In this document: positions 52,495-64,000 of the stretch, one piece after another
How the letters are laid out: each line of letters opens with the position of its first letter
Position numbering within the stretch: position 1 is the stretch's first letter
From: Chlorokybus atmophyticus
Lineage: Eukaryota; Plantae; Mesostigma and Chlorokybus algae
Reading direction: 5' to 3'
Assembly (NCBI GenBank): GCA_009103225.1
Contig: RHPI01002090.1
Location: 1,659,932 to 1,723,931 of the forward strand
DNA length: 64,000 bases
The notes under the pieces: model-generated
What the model was told of the DNA's origin: nothing
Databases searched by the model: none
Seen by the model: only the letters and a program-made list of their open reading frames with translations
Program-made: the position numbers and the translations under genes

Positions 52495-55400
52495 TCACAC
52501 GTCCCTGCGGGCTTTTTCAGATGGCCAGAGGTCTACAATGACATTGCGCAGCCTCTGCTCAGCGCTCTCGGATTGATGCAGCACGCCAAGGGCTTCGCAG
52601 TGTGCTGCAGCCTCAACTCTTCCATCCCGCGTAAGCTCCTCGTGACAACACCTCGCCACACTCTGTACGCCATGATGGCTGCCACTGCGCGCGTAACCCC
52701 GGAACCACGGCTTGCTTGCCTCCTCTGCCTTGTTGGCCCACCTGCATGCCAGCCATGTCAAGGCGCCAACAAGTACACATGCAGCTGCTTAACTAACAGG
52801 TTAGCGGCTGTTTGAAAGCTGCAGCCGTTACGCTTGAGTAGTGCGCGAATGTTTTCAGCTAAAGCTATCTACTAGCATGCGCAAGTTCTTCTTCATTATT
52901 GTATGTGACTCACTGTCTCTCAATCAGCTTTGCTATGAATCATACGCTCATGAACAGATGCAGTGCGCACCTTCTGTACTGTAGAGCAAGCTGATCTGCG
53001 GCAACTGGCTTGGCCCAATCGTCGGCCCCCTGCGCCACTCTCAACTGCTGCGCGCTCAGCATTACTCGATCCTGCACAGACCCAATATGCTCTCACTGTC
53101 AATGGGTCAATAACAATCAAATCACCAATGTAGCATGTGCGAGAGACCTGGAAGCTGTGTTGCTGTAATGCGCGAGTTCGAAAGGCTCTACCCAACTTGT
53201 ATGCTAACCATCGACATGTGCATGCAGACACGACTCCTCACTTGGCGACTGTTGAAGCTACTTACCTGATTCAGGACAAGTTCGTTGCTGCTCCAGATTA
53301 AAAAATCAGGCACCCACGTGAAGAAGTTGCGAAGACTTCGCAGGAGGAGACGGGTCTTGTTCGGGCCCAAGGGTATCGCATAATGCATCTGTACATGTTG
53401 GAAGCAATGCGGTCACCATCTCAATTCACACTCAACTATGTGACCTTGCTGATGCACAGTTGCACACTATGCCTACGACACAACCTGCAACAAGTGCGAT
53501 GCACAGCAACGCAAACCTGATGAAACTTCCAACCCATGGGAAGGGCAACTTCCAGCCTGACCGTGATGGGGGGCTCAAAGACAAGGCGATAATTTGTTGG
53601 CTTAACGGTCGCATTGGTATTAACAGTGCCCACCTAAGCTCAACAGAAGGTAAACATGCTGCAGTCATTCAAGTACAGTGCACCTATGCGGCTCAGATCT
53701 CTCACCAAAGTGCCAGGCCGCAACATTGGGTTGTGCTGCCAGCTTGTGACTTTTACTGCACTTGCTTGCGGCACGCGGTCTGTGATCGGCGCAATGTACC
53801 TGCCCTGTATAAACAAACACGCCCACCCGCACAGCACAGCCTATAAGTCCATTGCTGCCTTGGCCTGCTAAGGACACACATGTGCACACACGCCAAACGA
53901 GTCAGCTGCTGCAAGCCTTGACTACTTATACCTGTGTTCCCTCATGCGTGAACTGCAAATGCGCCGTGTCCAACAGATTCTCGATGACGTTCCAGTAAGG
54001 CGCCGCATAGTCTGCTACTTGATCATAACATGACCATTCTCTGGAGCGGAGCTCAGGTACAGCATCCGGAAAACCAAACTCGTGTTCATGTGTCTGCAGA
54101 GAAGCCGAGTAAGACTTTGTCACCTGCTCATCTTCACATCACCGCCATGCTTGCACGTGCATGACAGTGTGTTGGTTACCAACCTGCGCATGCGACGAAG
54201 ACGGTTTGCTAATGTTCACCCACACCATGTCTTCACGCTCGACAGCTGCATAAGATACTACACTTGTCCCGGAAGGCGGTCTCCCGTCTGGCATGGAAGG
54301 TGCAGACACACAACTGCGGCCACATATTGTTGTTTGTGAGTATTGTGATGCGTTGATGCGCATGCCACTCATCGCGATCTGGAACACCACAACAGTACAC
54401 ACCTTCCATGGTCGGAGAATGCCCAGCCGTGGTAGCGGCACGTGATGTTGCCTTTGTGGCAGAACCCAACCGATAGCGGTGTTGCCCGGTGCGCGCACTT
54501 GTCTTGCAAACAAACCACCTGTCACACGGTCCTAACTCAATAACCTGCAATCTCCGCATAAGGGCATGCATGCGGACACCATGATGACAAGTAGTAAGCT
54601 GGTTCATACTCGCATGCACGCACTATAGCATGGCAGTATAAAAACGACCTACACACAATGTGTACCTGCCCTTGGGCATTGCGAAAGAGGACAAGGGGTT
54701 CACCAAACAGAGTGATCGGTACAGGGTGATCAGCTGGAACGCCTTTTGAGTAGGCCAGCGGGTACCAATAGGCAAGCAGCTGGTCCAATCTTACGTCTAA
54801 ACAACAAAGCATACGTGTAAAGACGCAGTCAGTACAACCAGCAGCAAACACGTAACAGATTTGTGCCCTGACTGTAAAAAACAGGCTGCACGTGATAACT
54901 ACTGTTACATGTCTTACGACCAACGAGGTCAAGACGGCCTGCACTGCTCAGCTAACTAGTGTTGCTTGTACCTGCCGCATGCACAAGATCATCTATCTTG
55001 GCCGAAGACGTCCTTCCTGGCGTTGGCGGCGAGTCCTCAAAAGCAAAAATAGAACCAGAAGCAGACGCCTCGCACCTAGCTGCGCTCGCCGTCCCACGCC
55101 TCAGCCGCCGTGTGGTTCGTCGAGGGCGCAGCTCTTCCCAACTGCAGCAAACAAACATTCCGACTTACAACCGTGACGGTAAGCAAGGCGTTGCCACACC
55201 TGTTTGCCGAGAAGCTAACACAGTCTGCAATTGCACAGCTAAAACACTGTTTTAGACGACAAGCTTTGTTAGATCATGACGGCAACACAAGGCTGCATAC
55301 ATATCGATGCTACGTGCAGGCTGTACCTTGTCTTCCAGGACGGGTCGGTGGAGAGAGGGGAGGATGGCGACGAGGTGGAGGGAGCACAGGAGGCGGTCGT

Positions 55401-55556
55401 GGAGTGGTAAGCCGATGAGGAGCGGGTTGAGGCGGACGCAGGGGAACGGTGCTGATGCTGCTTGCTGCGGGTGCACTGCAACCGGTGAGCAGAAGCAGCA
55501 GCAGCAGCAGGCACTGCTGCGGCGGCGACTGCCGTCGTCATCGACGTCACCGTCAT
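52495..55556 (-). CDS. Plastid Rieske [2Fe-2S]/mononuclear-iron oxygenase, TIC55/PAO/CAO family
   Basis: Transit-peptide-like exon 1; WYPLA...PITLFGEPLVLFR; Rieske ligands DKCAHR...CRYHGW; iron site ENLLDTAHLQFTH; AIPLGPNKTRLLLR; VLNQD...QYRRW...PWFRGY. Unspliced stop at 52495. Confidence 0.87.
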
Positions 55557-58500
55557 GACCCGCAACGAGGTGGCTATGCCAACAAAGGCAACAGTGGATA
55601 CAGCAGCAGCGGTGGCAACAACTACTACTACTACGCTGTAACTGACGACTGCTTCACCACCCAAGCAGCCGACCGGCTTCCACCTCGCCGCCGCCACCCT
55701 CCAAAGTGAGGTGTCTAAGCTGGACTCCAAGGCCGCCTAGCACAGGACCCCCCAACCGTTGTACGAGAGTCCGTCGTCCGGAAAAGCACTCCTGTTTCGC
55801 GATTGCCCGGCTCACCACCGCTGACATGCTTCACTCAGTGAGCTATCACGCGGTTGTCGTCACCAAGAGGAGCCTTGGTTTTGTTGGGGTTTGTTGATGA
55901 TTGTCGCGACCGTACCAACGTGGTTCAATTGTTGATTAGGTGTGGGGGTGCCAAGTCAGCATCAGTGAGGCAGTAGGTCGCTTTTTCTGACTGTTTCCCC
56001 GTTCGAGGGATCGCAACGAAGATTTGTGCCCGTCGTCGCTTTCAATCCGCCCCCCTCTATGTACAGCCACCATGTCGCCCCTATCCAGGAAACTTAGGGA
56101 CCCTTTGTGAGTCATAACATAGCGTAACCGTAACATGATAAGGGCTCATTAGCCCGGTATGCATGAGCCCTTCATAAGACCATGCAAATTGCATGAGATA
56201 CCGTAGTGCTCCGAAATCTTCGTAAAAGGCTCCAACAAAGAATTTGATCAACATTTAATTAAACCCCGCCAGCATATGCACTTTAATTAATGTTCACTGC
56301 AATTTGTTGAGCTGTAGTACAGTTGGTATAACTTCCGTAAAGTACTCGCGCGGATGTTTTTTGTTTACGCAGATTTTGTAGCACATGGTAATACATGGTA
56401 ATGCTTTTAAACATAATGCAACTCTGTGCTTCAATGCGGTATTGGGAGTGGAGTAATCAACGTCGCACGTTCAAGTTGATATTTTTGCTTCATGTGAGTG
56501 ACATTTGTGATAGCGCCACGGTAGTGGATCAAGGTAAAAAAAATGCAAACGAGTGGTGCGGCTGTTTGGTCGGGCCGGCAGGCCGACAGGCCGGCCGGCC
56601 CGACACATCACACACGTATCCCCACACGACAAAGGGCCATCACACGTAGGCACCCGCGACTGGCGGGCTGCCGTCCCGCCTGCCGCTCATTGGCTGGGCG
56701 GCGACTACCAATCTCAAGCCGTTGGATCCACATTATTACATCTCGGCCGTCCAGAGCACATCCCAACATCACAATATTGCTCATATTTGCTTATAAAACA
56801 CAATACGAGCACAAACGGTATGCACATGGACACTTATGGCGGTAAATTATGCATACCGTATTCACCCGTGCACAGTGCCCCCCTTCCAACACAATGCCCC
56901 CCTAAAATTTATGGGGGTAATTGTATTCGAGGGGGCACTCTATTCGAAAGAGGGCATTGTACTTGATCGAGATCACGCTGATTATGGTAATGGACGATAT
57001 CTAACGTAACCTAATAGTCAAAAATGGTGCAATATGGCTAGCAACCTGCAGTTAAGTGTTACAAAACTCAATGTTCACGCCACGATACGTGCTAAGATAT
57101 TCAGTAAGTAATGCCCAGGTTACAACCATCGGAATAATGCTAACCTGAATTACCTTAACATTAAGATTTAGTTAAATTAAAAATCGCATCGGTAAGTCAC
57201 CATCTGGTCACGCATGGATTTGATCAAATGGGATTGCAACAGTGACAACAGCCGTTGATGAAAAAGGCAGCGAATTGGCCAATCGTTGCACAGATGTACA
57301 AAAGATGCTGAAAACTATCTTGGCGGCAACTGCTTACCAACTGTGACCCAACATCGCCAGCGATTCGGTGCGATTGCAGCATAGTTAGTGATTAAAATGG
57401 CCGCGTTTTTTGCGGTACGAGGTCGGGGCGGGCCCTATACCCCAAAGACATGCCGCCACTACACACCCTCTTTCTAACTGATCCACTCTACCCTTTGACG
57501 CTAATTGATTACACGATGTAGTTACTGCGTCATTAAATATAGTCAACAGCCGAAATATGATATGAAGCATATGTGCAAAATTGTGGATGTCATGATAAAT
57601 GGAATTCGTTTACCATGTCGTGCAAGGGAGGCTCAACTGCAAGGTGTGTCTCGCAGTAAAGGTGAGCTGCTTCAAGCGTTCAAGTGTGGGGGTAGGTACA
57701 ACTGTGCAGATGCAGGGCAGCATGCAGAGCTCACAGCAGAGTGAAAGTAGCTGTGGGGTCTAGATGCGAGGGTGGTGGTGGAGCCGCAGAGTATGCAGAG
57801 GAAGTTGCGAGGAAAAACCATTGGTGGTCCCCTGTATTGCCTCCTAGTAGTCACTCGCAAACTCATTAGCAGGGATGCTTGGGGAAATTGACACTACAAT
57901 CTCACTTGTGCGTTTTAAACAAATTACAAGTTGTGTAATTCCTTCTGAAGCCAAGTAAAACGAGATTACAAACTGCAAGCACCGGATCCGCAGCATGACA
58001 CTATGCAAAGCAACTACTTAGTCCACACCCAACAGGGTTCCGTCTGCTTGACAGTACAAGATAAAAAAAGCAGACCAATATAAGTTCTGGCTAAGTACGA
58101 AAATTAGGCATAGCTGGACTTGAGTCCCAAGTCTTAGGACTACGGTCGACCCTAGTCCAACTCTACCCATTATTTGTTTAATGGCAAAGTTTAAATATGT
58201 AACTAGACCAAAGCCAAATACGCTAGAGTACTTAGCAGCTGCAAAAGACCAGGTGCTGAATAGGCAAAAGACGACATGAACATCAGGTGTACCTAGTCCC
58301 ACATTCAGATGTGACATGTTCGATAGATAAAAGCTAGATTTGGTAGAGTACCTACACTATCATGTCTGACACACATATAGGTAGTAAATTATTCGAACTA
58401 GCTGTTGGATGGGTCTATAACAGAGCTACATATGTCGATAACTAGTCCGAAATGAGACACACTAGGATAGCACCAAGTAATGGCGCCAGCCATGCCACCC

Positions 58501-58994
58501 TTCTTGACCATTGCAACAACAAGCAAGCACTATTGGTAAGCAACAGCAACAACAACACTTGTAAGAACGCTGACCTGGGGAGGAGGGATTTGATAACGCA
58601 CACACACGCATGAACAAATGCATGCACACACGTGCAAAACAAATAGGGAAGGGAGAAAATACGGTAAATGACTTAATGAGAGGGGTGCTAAGCAGACAGG
58701 TGCTTATACATAGGGGGGAATATAGGGGGGGCGGTGATAATCTGTGTAGAGGGAGAGAGAGTGAGAGAGAGTCAGTTAATCGATCGCAAAGAACACACAC
58801 AACTTGCAATTGTATAAGACGCACACAAGGCACACAGAGAGAGAAAGGGAGAGGTTGTGTGAGAGAGGGGCTGCGTGAGAGAGAGGGGCTGCATGGACTG
58901 CAGCTACTGCAGTGCTCAGCGAAGAGGGACACGGAAAACACATTACGTGACCTAATGAGAAGGTGGTTAGGCGGAAGGGTGCCTTTGAACACAT

Positions 58995-58996
<2 letters not shown>

Positions 58997-59085
<89 letters not shown>
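58997..59085 (+). repeat. (AG)n microsatellite, about 44 units, ending at an N
   Basis: Directly visible. Confidence 0.97.
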
Positions 59086-59086
59086 N

Positions 59087-59164
59087 GACTTCAAGTCAAT
59101 GGCGGGGGACTACAGCTGCCAGAGGCCTCTGGCAGCTGTAGTCCCCCGCCATTGACTTGAAGTC
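59087..59164. repeat. Perfect 78-bp palindrome (39-bp arms, no loop)
   Basis: gacttcaagtcaatggcgggggactacagctgccagagg is followed immediately by its exact reverse complement. Confidence 0.97.
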
Positions 59165-60364
59165 AACACAGGCGACTCGTTGGATGCCTTGCGTGAAAGC
59201 CCGTCTCATGGTCGGACCATGCAAACACACAGTTACGCATGCACGCGCGCACCTACAAGGGTCACCAATCGTTGAAAGAGGGACATCTCACTCTAAAAGA
59301 GGGTCCTTGATTCCACTCAATCACTCTTACTCACTCTAGAGGAGGGTTGAAAGAGGAGAAGGGTTGATTACATGCTGTCCCAACAGCTGCGGACGCCTCG
59401 GAGCTGTGCGTAGAGCAACATGGACGTTTGTAAACTTCAAGCATACCAATGCATAGAAGATATCACAAAGTAGGAAGCTAAAGGCGAGCAGCTTTTTACC
59501 GGCGAAAAAAGGCTTTGCAGGCAGACTGTGGTGCGTGCGCGTAAGCGCAAAACGGGTGGGAAGAGGAAGTAAGGGTAGTTGTCATGGTCAACTTGCGTTT
59601 TTAGCATAGTATACCAAAACACAGAGACCGTCAGCAAAGCACACAAACCACAGCGTTGCACACGGCGCCGAACGCAAGTAGACTGCTTGCCAATGATGGG
59701 CGGCAAGCCGCTCTTACATAAGCTTACAGTAGCGGCGCAGAGGTTGGCTACGCCGCCGCCGCAATCGACGCCGCCGGCAACATGATGTCCACGGTGACGT
59801 TGGGCGAGAGGCTTGGCTTGACAGTGACAACGGCGGCCGCCGTCGTTGACACCGCCGCCACCATCGCTCACGCCCACTGGTGGCACGCCGCCACTACCGC
59901 CGCCACAAGCTCTAACTGTCAACTGCCGAATATGCTAAGGTGTGGCGGCGGGACGTTTGTGATTACAGGTTAATGGGTTTTAACGTGCAATTATGTGATA
60001 CAATTTTGATACGTACATTTGTATATACAATTACGTCATTCGCTCCAAGTGTATCGCACAAGCACACAATTTCACATGGAAAAGTTAGCGCGAACCATTC
60101 TTCGTAAATGACACCACACTTGTCGTGAATGATCAGACCATATGTGGCACGCCGTCAGGACCACCCGTGGCCAATATAACCATTACAACCACATGTGGCC
60201 AGACGTCATGACGATTCAGACCAAACTGTGTCATGTGTGAATGTATGCCATATATGGCATGATTGTATCTGATATATATGGTGGTGAACTCATCATCATC
60301 TGCATGTGGTCAGCATCGCGATTATACATAGTCGCGCATTTTAGTGATAAACAACTTTATCATC

Positions 60365-60430
60365 GTCGCAAGTTTTACACGGTGACTGACTAATGACTGA
60401 GGGGTGCCTGAGCCTGCCTGCCAATGCCTG
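60365..60430 (+). mobile_element. Terminus of an element related to 26698-28206
   Basis: gtcgcaagttttacacggtgactgac...gactgaggggtgcctgagcctgcctg matches the reverse complement of about 28145-28206. No partner end was found in the window. Confidence 0.6.
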
Positions 60431-60906
60431 AAATGTTACTTTTGAACTGTTGGGTTAGCCGTTGGCTTGAGTGAACGGCCGCGGGCCGAAAGTGGTTGTC
60501 AGTAGCACTGACCGGCCGAGAGTTGTCAACCGGTTACCCTTTCGTCGATGTGCACAAACGGCCGTTAGCCGGTAGTCACGGACAGCTGACAGCAATAGCC
60601 GGTAGTTTTTTGCCGTTACACTGCTGTTAATATGTGACCCTTACCGTTTAACAAAAGTTAGCAACTCTTGCCGTAAGCCAACATTAACATGCCATGCAGC
60701 TTGTACAAACCTTGAACCAATTGTTTGGTCTTGCAATTATAAGCCCATAAGATATACAATGTATCGGCAGTGGTGAGAGTATGTCCACTTGCAATCGAGC
60801 AGCCGACTTGCGCATGATATTACCTACAACATTGAGTCTAGCTGTCGCACTCATGCGCAGCTTGTCAACCCGTGGTGCCTCAGAACTCCTCCTCAACCCC
60901 CTCCTC

Positions 60907-62060
60907 CTATTCCTCCTCCGACAAGTCTTCTGCTTCAACATCGGAGTCATCTTCTGCCTCGCGCGCTGACAATACAGCGGCTACTTCGTCCTTCAGCTTG
61001 AATGTCAGCACCTCGCCGTGCACGCGCATGCGCTTGATGGTCGCTTTGAGACTAACCACCTGCATTTGGTAATACCCTAAGAGTGGCGTGCTGCCAGAGG
61101 ACTAGCCCATCAGCATACACATGCTTACCTCATCTTCCGCTTCGTTGCACTCCCCCAGGCAGACAGTTAGCCTGCCGCGTTGCTCTTGGTTCACTCTGAC
61201 CAACATGGCAATCTGCAAGCATACTGCTTAATTGCCGCTGAAAACATTAAACTGGATCATAAATTACCCGTTCGTAGTACTCCGCAGCTTCTCTTTTGCG
61301 ACTTGTGAGCTCCCGCAAGTAGAAATAGGCTGTGCATTTGCGAGATTGGTCATGCTGTTCATGTGCATGACACTGGAGGCTGTGCATGAGGATGTGCATG
61401 TGGTATTGACAGTGTATGTCATGTGCAAGATACTTGAGGCTGTGCATGTGCAAGATAAAAGAACCCTAGCATGTGGCATTGATAGGGCATCGTAGCCCAC
61501 CTTGGTTATGCCAGTCTTGTTTGGTCCCTTCAATTATGTTGCCGTGGTCGCAGCTGCTGGTGGGTCGGATGTTCTTAAAGGCAGTATTGTGGTGTGCCTT
61601 TGCCCACTTGGAGGAGGAGCCCTGTAAGATATCGCCCGAGTCACTGTTGTCATTGGCTGTGCCCTTGGTAGGCATGGTGGGGTTTGACACCAAGGACACC
61701 CCACCGGCACCTTGCCCGCCCTGTGCGAACATGGGCTTCATCCCGGACCTCGACCACAAGGCCCGTTACGCCCCTGGCAGCGCCGCCAACGATCCACCAA
61801 ACGCCACATACCCCCGGCATCACAGCCATGTAAGGGCATAGCTTGGAGGAGCCATCAATGTAATGGTCATCAATGTAAGTGACCATCATAACTCGTTATG
61901 AAATTCAGTCATTACGACCTTGTGGTGGTAGTGAAGAAGCCACAACCACATCATACTTTCACACCATGCATGGTCGTGATGTAGCCTTGCAAGTTGCCAA
62001 CATCCTCATTGTACTCAGCTAATATGTGTTTCATGATGGCAAACCGCACAACTACTTTAC
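60907..62060 (-). pseudogene. Decayed intron-containing gene inside the element, transposase-like (KDZ-like motifs, tentative)
   Basis: The 3' exons are in phase with intact splice sites (ending 61501; ending 61268; 61212-61129; 61059-60907) and end in an acidic tail. The upstream part has stops and a frameshift around HHAYQGHSQ*QQ*LGRYLTGLLLQVGKGT, loosely like the H-x-H...G-E-G motifs recalled for KDZ transposases. Confidence 0.35.
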
Positions 62061-64000
62061 AACTTGCGGTTGAACTTGCGGTTTGCCAACACCCCTTTCA
62101 TAATGAGAAACATGCATGCTACCGGCAACTCGCAGGATGGAGTTTGACATGCTTACCATAGGTTTATACATGAAGGTAAGGGTCTGCAGCCGCTACAACT
62201 TGAAATAAGACATGCCTTCCCAATGTTCAATGTGAACTACCAGGCTGTTTAACCTACATGCGCAAAAGGTTATTCTAAAACATTTGCAATATGGTGTTAC
62301 GTGCGCATTGCTTTAAGGTTGTTATGTCTTATACAATAAGAAAACACAAAATGTAAACATGTAACCGCTAGCACATACGCATGCTCAGGTTTGCAAGGCT
62401 ACATGTGGTACGGGGTTGTGTATGTGATATTAATTCTAATAAGGGACACGAGTACCAACATTGGTCTCAGCAAAGCTAGTCATGAGACACTTGACGAAAG
62501 AATCATTGACGCGTTGAGATGTTAACCATTACATTGATAAATTGAAGTTGGCCTCATTTATAAAAGTGACAATTGCAATTACCAACTATGTGTATATAGA
62601 TAACTATGTGTTGTGCAGCTGATGGCATTATGTGCATGTGTGTAGCGTTGTGTGCACATTTAGTTGCTCGTTTCCCACGCGCTGTGGCTTGGCTTCAACA
62701 TGCGTCATCACTACCACAAGTTAAGTGTTGTTACTTTTACCTCTTTTTTCTTTATGAAAGGTATTCACTTGTATTGTTTTAACATGATTTGATATTGTTC
62801 GTGTGCGCATGTGCATGAGCGTGAGCGACGAGCGTCCGTGTGTGCGTCCGTGTGTATCGCATGCTGCAGGTGTGTGTCATGCCTCGCAGATGATGGATTT
62901 GCCTAAAGTGCAAATGCATAGCATAGCAACCTCTTAACATATAGCTTATTATTAGCGTATAGCGTGGACATCGCTAGAAAGCTAGCAGTAGTGCGATTTT
63001 TGTAACTCATTTATGTTTGTTGTAAACTTGGCTTTAATATTTGATGTCATTGCTATTTTGTATACGATGGTTTTACGGATTGCCACCTGCATGTTACCAC
63101 TGCTTTAAGTGTTGCATGAGCAATTTGCAAGTAAACACCATATATGGTGTTGCTGTATATACTTGCATATGCCAGTCGTGAACACCATGCCGCATGTAAT
63201 AATGTATGTTTCCGACCACACATGTTATGTCTACACCAGTATGGTTCGCAAACCATGGATAAGATGATAACGTAACACCATATATGGCCTAACCGGTGCA
63301 CGATACTAATCGTGCATAATTACAACGTGTATGGTATAAGTACTATATTATACTGGTGTTAATGTTCATAACGTATATGATCTGAATTATTTGTTATAAC
63401 ACGATCGGTATGGTTTGCGAACTATAAACAAGTCAACAACAATTACCATATATGGTCTTGTGTCGCAAGGTGTGACGTATGATCATGAGTGTGTGTTGAA
63501 TCATGCACTGGTGGTGACCACGGTTGTGACCACTTATGGCTCACGCTGACTTTCCTATGTGTTTGGGCTATGTGATAAGACTATCCACACTAGACATCCT
63601 ACCATCATGGTATCGCACGCGGGGTCATATACTTATTTAGCTGCAAACCAGAGCCGCGATGGACAAACCAACTTAAAAATTCAAACGGCATTGATATTAC
63701 CAGGGTTTTCAACAGACCGTACTAGATTCGAGAATGTACGACAATTCATTTGTTACATGTGTTTAAAATAACAGACCATGAGTTTGGATGTGGTCTACAT
63801 TCATCCAATCTCGATAGATACTTATAGGGTAGCTAGCAGAGCATGGTAGATTTAAACAGGGGTAGATGCATGCTAGGTGCTGCTTAGAATTTTTGTTTGG
63901 CGTAGTGTGAAAGTAAATGCTAGTTTAGTATGCATGCAATGAAGTTTTCATTGCATGCTGGGGCAGGCAAGATCACTGTAAGGAGGTGCGATGGAGGTAG

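Noticed and set aside
56871-56877. CACAGTG (RSS/Transib-like heptamer)
   Set aside because: A single 7-mer with no partner end, nonamer or target duplication; expected by chance.
58018-59973. Protein-coding gene around the AG tract
   Set aside because: The ORFs are low-complexity or GC-rich shadows. Scattered splice signals could not be joined into a credible CDS.

Overview
Eukaryotic nuclear DNA of about 50% GC with spliceosomal introns, from a green-lineage organism. An early-diverging streptophyte alga is inferred from gene content and intron style; the species is not determined. Gene-dense blocks (1-24.5 kb, 32-55.6 kb) alternate with TE-rich stretches (25-31 kb, 56-64 kb). Confident genes: TFIIIC TPR subunit GTF3C3, a GhrA-type 2-hydroxyacid dehydrogenase, RRP12, an LEA-like protein, RPS21, NDC1, DBP2/DDX5-type helicase, a plastid YciH/SUI1 factor, starch synthase 4 and a TIC55/PAO-family Rieske oxygenase. 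Also present are a probable MRC/PII1 coiled-coil protein (the known SS4 partner), an atypical secretory kinase-like gene and several unknown genes. Most interesting structure: (1) a complete 522-bp TRIM with 79-bp LTRs, CATG target duplication, PBS, PPT and a sense tRNA-like T-arm; (2) a 1.5-kb element with GTCGCA...TGCGAC ends and an AGTT duplication, carrying a perfect 27-bp hairpin and a spliced mini-unit, whose end recurs at 60365 beside a decayed transposase-like gene; (3) a 23-bp hairpin that would mask a 3' splice site, plus GC-AG introns, in GTF3C3; (4) MRC and SS4 in one window. CDS coordinates are gene spans including introns, assembled by hand. Family calls rest on recalled motifs, not database searches.
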